From the NCBI GenBank assembly GCA_003558065.1, contig PWMU01000177.1, forward strand, positions 18,045 to 82,044: a stretch of DNA of 64,000 nt, read 5' to 3'. Shown one piece after another: positions 58,073-64,000 of the stretch; position 1 is the stretch's first letter, and each line of letters starts with the position of its first letter. Position numbers and translations under genes: made by a program. The notes beneath the pieces are model-generated. The model saw only the letters and a program-made list of their open reading frames with translations. It did no database searches and was not told where the DNA came from. This stretch comes from Opitutia bacterium. GTDB taxonomy: Bacteria; Verrucomicrobiota; Verrucomicrobiia; Opitutales; T3Sed10-336.

Positions 58073-59935
58073 TTACGAACCGATTTGACCCTTCCGGTAC
58101 ATCCGACTCCGCCAGTCCGATTTGAGCTGCCGCGCCTTCGAATACGCCCTGCGGCCTTCCGTATCCTTGACCCCGGAGAAACCGGGACCGCCGGCGCCGA
58201 TATAGCCGTAACTGGCCCCATCGGGATCGGGGGTCACCCAGAATGAATACAGAGCGCCGTTCTCCAGGCGGAAGCGAAACCGCACCGATTTCCCGGCGAC
58301 CTTCTCAAGATCGCCATCGCCCTTCCACCGGATCTCTTTTAACGTCGCGTCAACCGTCACCGGCTCGCAATTATCCGCGGTGAACGGCTCCACCACCCGC
58401 CCCCCGCGATCGAGCACCTCCACCCGCAATTCGCCCAGGGGACAATCCACATTGACGAAGAGTTTGCTTCCCTTGAAGGTCAGCGGACGGGTGGTCAGCA
58501 CGCCCTCCCGCCGCCGGGCTTGCATCGAGGCGAAACCGTCGCGACGCAGCATCGCCATACCGATGGCGGCACCGGTATACATCCCGCGGAAACCGTTGGG
58601 CGCTATCCCGGAATAGCCGGTATAAGGAAAATAAAGGTGATCGCCCACCACCGTACACACGCCGGCTGTACCGTGAAGGTAGGCACGGTCCCATTCCCCG
58701 TCCAGCCGGGTGCCGGAAAGAAACGGGCGGCGGTCGGGCCGGTCCCAGTGAAAACCGTCGCGACTGTATCCCAGAGCCAGATCCGTGTGCTTCGGGAATT
58801 GACCTTCCTCGCAAATCCGGTTGATCGGTCCCCGGTGGATGTAGAACACGCCCAACTGCAGACTCTCGTAGGCAATCGCATTGTGACTGTAAAGCTGCGT
58901 GGAATCGCCCACCCTCGGGTCCGGACGGTCCAAACGGTCCGCATTCATCCAGTAGACGGAGTTTTCCCAGCCCGCGCCCTGCAAAAAGTCCTCATGCTCC
59001 GCATAAAACCGGCACCGTCCCCTCGGCCCGTTCTGCTTGATGCTGTAAACCCACAGGCGCCGGAACGGATCGTAATAGAAGGTGCAGTAATCGCTGGCCG
59101 GACCGGTACGGACGCCTTCGCTCCACCGCAGTCCGTCGGGCGAGGTGTGCAAGGTGTGAATGAAGTCGCGGTTTTCATCCCGGCCGCGGGTACTCATGAA
59201 TTTGTACCGTTCGCCCGGATTCTCCGTTTCCGTATCCAGCCATACACAATTGTCACCTCCCGCATGTTCATCACCGGGTTTCAGAATCAGGTTGCCGCCC
59301 GCCATACCCAGGTCGGGACGCTCCCATCGAAGCCCGTCGCGGCTCGTAGCCAGGGCGAGCCCGCCCCGCCAACTGGCCGTGTAGAACATCTTGAACAACT
59401 CATCCGCCGGATCGAAAAAAACACCGCCGTGCCCGAGGTAACAGACCGCCTGCTCCTCGCGCAATCCCCGGTGCTCCTCTTCAGCGGTCGGCGCCAATTC
59501 ATGGGAAGTTTCGGGAAACAAGACCGGGTTCCCGAGATACCGTTCCGGCCGATGAAACCTCCGTTCCAACGTGCTGCTTTCAACAAGGAAATCATCAACA
59601 AACAACTGCCTCCCTGTGTCGACCGGTATCACCCCGGGGCGCTCGTAAAGGTACGGCACCGGCATCGGTTCACGGGAATGAGGATCCAGTTCCCGGGGCG
59701 GCCAGGGATCGGAAAGCCGGATGCCATTGTGCAATTCCGGGCCCGACAACAAGGGGGGCGAGGCCTCCGCCCGGGTCGCCCCGCCCGCCCGGACCGACTG
59801 CCCCGGGCTTATTCCGTAATAGGCCGCGGCTCCCGTCACTCCTGATAGCGCCGCATTCCTCAGGAACCCGCGCCGACTCAGGATTCTTCCGGTCGCTCCC
59901 TCCTGGTTCCCGCTTCTGGTCCGTTCCTCATTCAT
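58073..59935 (-). CDS. Tat-exported putative glycoside hydrolase (beta-propeller-like, family not recognised)
   Basis: Twin-arginine signal SRRGFLRNAALSGVTGAAA; 620 aa. It carries repeated S.DG..W-type motifs (TSRDGLRWERP, TSPDGLRWSEG, YSRDGFHWDRP) and a C-terminal LRRDGFASM...LYSFWV beta-sandwich-like tail. Confidence 0.7.
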   Translation of the reverse strand: MNEERTRSGNQEGATGRILSRRGFLRNAALSGVTGAAAYYGISPGQSVRAGGATRAEASPPLLSGPELHNGIRLSDPWPPRELDPHSREPMPVPYLYERPGVIPVDTGRQLFVDDFLVESSTLERRFHRPERYLGNPVLFPETSHELAPTAEEEHRGLREEQAVCYLGHGGVFFDPADELFKMFYTASWRGGLALATSRDGLRWERPDLGMAGGNLILKPGDEHAGGDNCVWLDTETENPGERYKFMSTRGRDENRDFIHTLHTSPDGLRWSEGVRTGPASDYCTFYYDPFRRLWVYSIKQNGPRGRCRFYAEHEDFLQGAGWENSVYWMNADRLDRPDPRVGDSTQLYSHNAIAYESLQLGVFYIHRGPINRICEEGQFPKHTDLALGYSRDGFHWDRPDRRPFLSGTRLDGEWDRAYLHGTAGVCTVVGDHLYFPYTGYSGIAPNGFRGMYTGAAIGMAMLRRDGFASMQARRREGVLTTRPLTFKGSKLFVNVDCPLGELRVEVLDRGGRVVEPFTADNCEPVTVDATLKEIRWKGDGDLEKVAGKSVRFRFRLENGALYSFWVTPDPDGASYGYIGAGGPGFSGVKDTEGRRAYSKARQLKSDWRSRMYRKGQIGS

Positions 59936-60041
59936 AATGTCCCGCCTTCACTGTTCCGGGTATTCTGTGTCTTCTGCCGTTCCCTTTCACCGCGGTACCC
60001 TTTTCCTCATACCGGCATGTGCAAAAGCAGGCGGCCCACCT

Positions 60042-61208
60042 TCACTCAACTCCGGAAATGCCCTCAATCCACCAATGCCGAATGTTCACCCGCCGTCCAC
60101 TCTCGTCATACGCTATACTAGCCTGAATCAGCAAACGCTCGGACTCCCCGCGATCATACCGCCCGATAATCGCGTTTGTCGAATACGAATCCAGGTCATC
60201 CGTAGCACCCTTATTCAGGAAGACCCCCCCGTCCCAGTGGATCCCATCCCTTGAATGATACAACACCAGATGGCGCGGATCATAGCCTCGATTTTTCTGC
60301 GCCTCCAGCACGAGGAACGAGTTCCCCTCGATTACTTCGATTTCCGTGAGGGGAAGCCCCGCCAGCATGGCCTCGGTGGGATCGCCGCCGATCGCATATT
60401 TCAGGAGATTCCTAACACCGTCGCCGCTCGCGTCGTCTTCCGGCCCGCTTGCTTCCGGGGGAACATCGAATCCGGCGATCCAGTCGGCGAACGCAACCCC
60501 GGCCGGCATCATGTATCGCTGGAAGAGATACGCCTCCAGATCCTCCAGCTCTTCCGCGGAAAGCTCCCGGTTATAGATGAGCACCGCCGCGATCTCGCCG
60601 GGAAAGAACGACTCCACAGCGGTCCCGCCAAAACTGGTTCCCGCCCCGATTCGCGTATGCACATGGCCTGCGGGATCCGCGGTCGCTCCGTCCGTCACCG
60701 CTTCAAACCGTTCGTTGTCCGGAGTGATGAGTATCGCGGCAAGCTCGCCGTTTTCCCGCCACTGGTTCATCCCGACAAAAAACCCGCCGGAGAAAAGCGA
60801 CTCCATCGGTGTGTTTACGCCGACAAATTCACCACCCGGGCCACGGTTGTTCGCCCGCAGGCGGTTGCCGTTATCCCAGGCCCGCAATTCGTTGGTCTGG
60901 GTGCGACCCGACCGCGAGGACCCGGACGCCAGTTCCGAGTAAGCCGAATTAATGAGCCGGACGTCGCTCATTTGTTCCGCATTAACGGCAACAACGCTCG
61001 TCTTGGCCAGCCCGTCGAAATCATACGGATTGGAGGCCACATCGGCATACCCACCGAGGCCGTCGAACCGTACCGCGTTCAGCCCGGACGGGGTGGCCCC
61101 CTCGAGGCGAACCGGCAGAGTCAGTACGGTGCCGCCCACTTCCATCGCATGATTCTCATTCCCCGTCCGGTCAAGCATTCCCGTAACCCGGGAACCGCTC
61201 GATTCCAC
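60042..61208 (-). CDS. Mosaic LamG-domain ORF lacking a signal peptide and an ATG start, carrying a BNR-propeller 3' tail; possible pseudogene
   Basis: The frame is open only from 61232, and the listed start is GTG. It holds a full LamG domain (RFDGLGGYADV...FPGEIAAVLIYNRELSAEELEDLEAYLFQRY), then ASGDGVRNLLKYAIGGDP, then abruptly DPRHLVLYHSRDGIHWDGGVFLNKGATDDLDSYSTNAIIG...WWIEG. Confidence 0.55.
   Translation of the reverse strand: MESSGSRVTGMLDRTGNENHAMEVGGTVLTLPVRLEGATPSGLNAVRFDGLGGYADVASNPYDFDGLAKTSVVAVNAEQMSDVRLINSAYSELASGSSRSGRTQTNELRAWDNGNRLRANNRGPGGEFVGVNTPMESLFSGGFFVGMNQWRENGELAAILITPDNERFEAVTDGATADPAGHVHTRIGAGTSFGGTAVESFFPGEIAAVLIYNRELSAEELEDLEAYLFQRYMMPAGVAFADWIAGFDVPPEASGPEDDASGDGVRNLLKYAIGGDPTEAMLAGLPLTEIEVIEGNSFLVLEAQKNRGYDPRHLVLYHSRDGIHWDGGVFLNKGATDDLDSYSTNAIIGRYDRGESERLLIQASIAYDESGRRVNIRHWWIEGISGVE
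60062..60282 (-). repeat. Shared 3'-coding segment, copy B, of the BNR/LamG paralogs
   Basis: It aligns to 56468..56690 (for example CAATCCACCAATG..GAATGTTCACCC ... AATCGCGTTTGTCGAATA.GAATCCAGGTC). Confidence 0.7.
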
Positions 61209-61431
61209 GGATTCGGCACACGAGACTGAGGATCACCATGGTGTAGGTGAAACTGCGAAATGTTTCGTGGCCCGTGCAGGCCCCGGCCAGCCCAAGAAAA
61301 AACAAGATGGCGAACAAACCCGAGTCCGGGCCGCGCCCGGCCAGGATCAGCACAAAAATGATCAGGGCATTGAGAAGAGAAAAGCCGAAAAACCAGCGGG
61401 AATGACGTGAGGTCGGCATAACGTGTAGCAT
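61171..61431 (-). CDS. Possible small membrane protein (2-3 TM)
   Basis: WFFGFSLLNALIIFVLILAG, GLFAILFFLGLAGACTG and FTYTMVILSLV are hydrophobic segments. Its 3' end overlaps the mosaic LamG ORF, and I see no homology. Confidence 0.3.
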   Translation of the reverse strand: MLHVMPTSRHSRWFFGFSLLNALIIFVLILAGRGPDSGLFAILFFLGLAGACTGHETFRSFTYTMVILSLVCRIRGIERFPGYGNA

Positions 61432-61457
61432 TCAGGGTTGGTAGCGATGCCGAATTC

Positions 61458-62642
61458 TCAGCGCGATCCGATAGCGGCGACCGGTTCTCCTGGCAACGAA
61501 TGAGTATTCTCGGTCGGCACGAAACCACCCCCGCTCCTGCGAAGAAATGACAGTTTCTGTTTTCCGGTGTTTGAAACGGCAATATATTGACCATCCCCGG
61601 AGAACACGGCGAATTGGGGCGTTCCTTCGATTTCAACATTGCCGGCCGGGACAAAACAACCTTCGTGTTTCCGAAGAAAATAGATCCGGGAGGGCTCGCC
61701 AAATCTCGCGTGGGATTCGTCGGTCAAATTGCCCCCGTCAAAACAGCTGACAGCAATCCATCCGCCATCGGGCCTGATATCGATACCTTCGGGAATGCGA
61801 CCTACCGCAAACTCGATCTCCAGTTTCACGTCGCCGGCGTCAAACCGGTAATAGGCGACCCGATCCCTTTCGATATCGGCTACAAAAAAACCGGATCCAT
61901 CGGGAAGGAAACGCGCCGCGTAGGGCTTGCCTCCGCAGTCCAACCGGGCAATGACCCCAGGAATTCCATCCTCTTGCACGCGAAAAACAAGAATCTGCCC
62001 CCCCTCGGTCAAGGTGGCGACCCCATATTTCCCATTTGGACTGATCTCGACATGGGAAAGCGAGTCGGCCGGCCCCGCCACCTCGATACGCGCCTCCTCA
62101 ATGAGTTTCTCCCCGCGGATCATCATTACCGATACCGTCCCCTCGGCACGGTTTGCCAGCCACGCGGCTTTCCCGTCCGGCGTCACGGTGACCCCGCTCG
62201 GCTGCAAACCTGTTTCGAACAAATCGATCACTCGTCCCGAGCCTCTCAGATCCACCAGCGCAACCCGCGCATCCACTTCATGTCGGTATACTCCGTCGAC
62301 CTTGCGGGTGACCATGGCACTCGTCACAATGGCCAATTCACGGCCCGGAACAAAGGCTACACAAGTTGGCGGCCCGATGACCGTCACCGGAACATTCTTT
62401 ATGGTCCTTGCCGACGGGGGAAATGATTTAAAATCCAGAACGGTAAGATTCCCCGCGCCCGGCTCATCCAGGAAAACCATCCGGTTGTCGCGATAAACCA
62501 CGCTTTCGTCATTGGCACTTACAATAAGATACCCGGAGCCGTTGCCGGCAAAGCATGTTCCGACAAGCGACAACACGACGATCCCGGTTATCCACGAGAA
62601 GAACGTCGTACAGGCATTTTCCGGGTAGGGCGACGACATCAT
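61458..62642 (-). CDS. YVTN/lactonase-type beta-propeller repeat protein, secreted or membrane-anchored
   Basis: ATG at 62642 or 62639, followed by the hydrophobic segment FFSWITGIVVLSLVGTCFAG. Repeats include LQPSGVTVTPDGKAAWLANRAEGTVSVM, SHVEISPNGKYGVATL and PEGIDIRPDGGWIAVS. Confidence 0.75.
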   Translation of the reverse strand: MMSSPYPENACTTFFSWITGIVVLSLVGTCFAGNGSGYLIVSANDESVVYRDNRMVFLDEPGAGNLTVLDFKSFPPSARTIKNVPVTVIGPPTCVAFVPGRELAIVTSAMVTRKVDGVYRHEVDARVALVDLRGSGRVIDLFETGLQPSGVTVTPDGKAAWLANRAEGTVSVMMIRGEKLIEEARIEVAGPADSLSHVEISPNGKYGVATLTEGGQILVFRVQEDGIPGVIARLDCGGKPYAARFLPDGSGFFVADIERDRVAYYRFDAGDVKLEIEFAVGRIPEGIDIRPDGGWIAVSCFDGGNLTDESHARFGEPSRIYFLRKHEGCFVPAGNVEIEGTPQFAVFSGDGQYIAVSNTGKQKLSFLRRSGGGFVPTENTHSLPGEPVAAIGSR

Positions 62643-63311
62643 ATTCTTTCCCGGTAATAGTTTATATTCTGCAGGATTTCCACAGCGAACCGTGTTCGAG
62701 GCAGTGCACCGGAAAATCATCATCCATTTACTGTAATTGACTTTGCCGGCGGTGTGAAAGTCATTCAGGACGCGCCGCCGAGAGAGCGTGCCCCCTTATC
62801 GGAATACCGCGGGTTTCGCCCAATACGCCACATAATGAGGGTCAGGGTTGAAATACCCCGAAGTACAGGTTGAACGCATTGGAATATCAACGTTTTTCCG
62901 GTCCCAATGAAGACTTCGGCGCAAACTGCACACGACAATGATCGAAATCGAACAATTCCCGAACGAAGCCATCCTCTTGAACACGTTCGGGCGGCGATAC
63001 CGGGCAGCCCGTGCCTTAGTGGCCATCGCCAGGCGAGAACAGGCGGGGTGCCCCGTGTTCGCTCGGAAAGAAAAGCTCAACAAACGCCAATCGGTGCGAG
63101 GCGTACGGTCCGGGATTCACGCAGAACACATCCGGATCCAGATTTCACTTTCCCGGATGTCATGAAAGCGGTAGTCAAAGCCTCGTCCCGGGCACATCCC
63201 GGGGCCAAACGGAGAAACAGCGAGCGGGGACGACCGCTTCCGGATGCTCGAAACATCCGTAATAAACTCCGCTACCAACCCGACGCGCTGAAAGAACTGA
63301 AGGAGAACGTC

Positions 63312-64000
63312 TCAAACAGGCAGCGTCCCGGGCTTCTTGACCACGTTCCCCAGATACTTCCGCTTGAAATTTTCCCGTCGCCAGTTTGTCGCGTCCTCGC
63401 TGTACAGGCGTGCCACAAGGTTGCGAAAGCCTTCCGTGAGTTCCTCGCGCGTCATCGGCTTCGGTTCGTACACGAGATCGAAAAGGGTGCACTTGTGCCA
63501 GGCTCGCTCTTCGATGAGCCGGCCGCTTCGCAGCAGGTTTTGATAGATCGGGGTACCGGGAAAGGGCGTCTGCAAGGTCACCCGTCCATCGAGCCCGAGG
63601 ACAAAACATCCATTGACCCGGATTCCCTGCGACTGGATGCGTCGAACGGCTTCGCGGTAATAAGGCAGCTTTTTGTACTTCCAGTCCGCCCGCAGCTCCA
63701 GTCCCTTCAACCCCTCGACGACCGGGCTCTCGAGCCCCACTAGAACCTGCTTGCATCCGGCCCCTCGCATCAGGCGCAACAGGTCCGGATCGTCCGCAAC
63801 GGACAGGTCCGTTTCCGTGAACCAGCGGGTCCGTCGCCGGGCCAGGCGGGACAGCAATGCTTTCCAGTAGTCTTTGCGCACGAAACTGTTGTCATCCGCA
63901 AATCCGAGAAAAGGCTGGTGCCAGAGTTCGCGCACCCGATCGATCTCGGCCAGGACTTTGTCGATCGGTTTCTGCTTGTACCGGTTGGTCAGAAGGAACA
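63312..64000 (-). CDS. B12-binding-type radical SAM protein, C-terminal part (DUF4070-like tail); 5' end lies beyond the window
   Basis: The frame is open to nt 64000 (...NRYKQKPIDKVLAEIDRVRELWHQPFLGFADDNSF...). It contains VLVGLESP, GIRVNGCFVLGLDG, TPFPGTPIYQNLLRSGRLIEERAWHKCTLFDLVYEPKPMTREEL. Confidence 0.7.
   Translation of the reverse strand, partial: FLLTNRYKQKPIDKVLAEIDRVRELWHQPFLGFADDNSFVRKDYWKALLSRLARRRTRWFTETDLSVADDPDLLRLMRGAGCKQVLVGLESPVVEGLKGLELRADWKYKKLPYYREAVRRIQSQGIRVNGCFVLGLDGRVTLQTPFPGTPIYQNLLRSGRLIEERAWHKCTLFDLVYEPKPMTREELTEGFRNLVARLYSEDATNWRRENFKRKYLGNVVKKPGTLPV

Noticed and set aside
62796-63083. 95-aa minus-strand ORF, and the 75-aa plus-strand ORF at 62938..63165, in the gap after the radical SAM gene
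   Set aside because: There is no ribosome-binding context, the two ORFs overlap each other, the composition is odd (Cys/Arg/Ser-rich) and there are no motifs.
63117-63314. Read-through or selenocysteine at the TGA ending the radical SAM ORF (64 further stop-free codons, DVLLQFFQRVGLVAEFITDV...)
   Set aside because: A 64-codon open stretch is not improbable at this GC content. I see no SECIS-like hairpin immediately downstream, and the extension has no recognisable family similarity.

Overview
GC-rich (about 60% by eye) chromosomal segment. Its gene content points to the PVC superphylum, most likely a Verrucomicrobiota/Opitutae-like marine polysaccharide degrader. The markers are PEP-CTERM sorting tails, a prepilin-type H-X9-DG-like protein, beta-helix repeat surface proteins, a sulfatase, rhamnosidases, a heparinase II/III-like lyase and BNR propellers. 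About 50 coding regions are supportable. Housekeeping genes: eno, hemF-hemE-hemY, priA, nadA, trxB, gdh, fur, a dtxR-like regulator, a DEAD-box helicase, phnCDE and peptidases. These are interleaved with carbohydrate-active genes: a GH106-like hydrolase, GH78 plus rhaM, heparinase II/III, an arylsulfatase and three BNR/LamG family loci. I found no rRNA, tRNA, CRISPR array, integrase or transposase. High GC produces many long antisense shadow ORFs, which I rejected. Most noteworthy observations: (1) an ~85-nt two-hairpin intergenic element present twice, near 43.1 kb and 50.6 kb; (2) a cluster of BNR-propeller/LamG paralogs that have exchanged or deleted modules, including a ~220-nt shared 3' segment and a frameshifted chimeric remnant; (3) two choice-of-anchor-M-like surface proteins flanking a pseudopilin-like gene next to a phnCDE-type ABC transporter; (4) an FCD ligand-binding domain fused to an AraC-type HTH, upstream of a translationally coupled APH-fold kinase and HpcH-family aldolase; (5) a single polypeptide combining ECF-sigma-like and degenerate anti-sigma-like regions; (6) several decayed genes (receiver domain remnant, SGNH esterase). 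No classical defence or mobile system is evident. All family assignments come from motif recognition by eye, not database searches.
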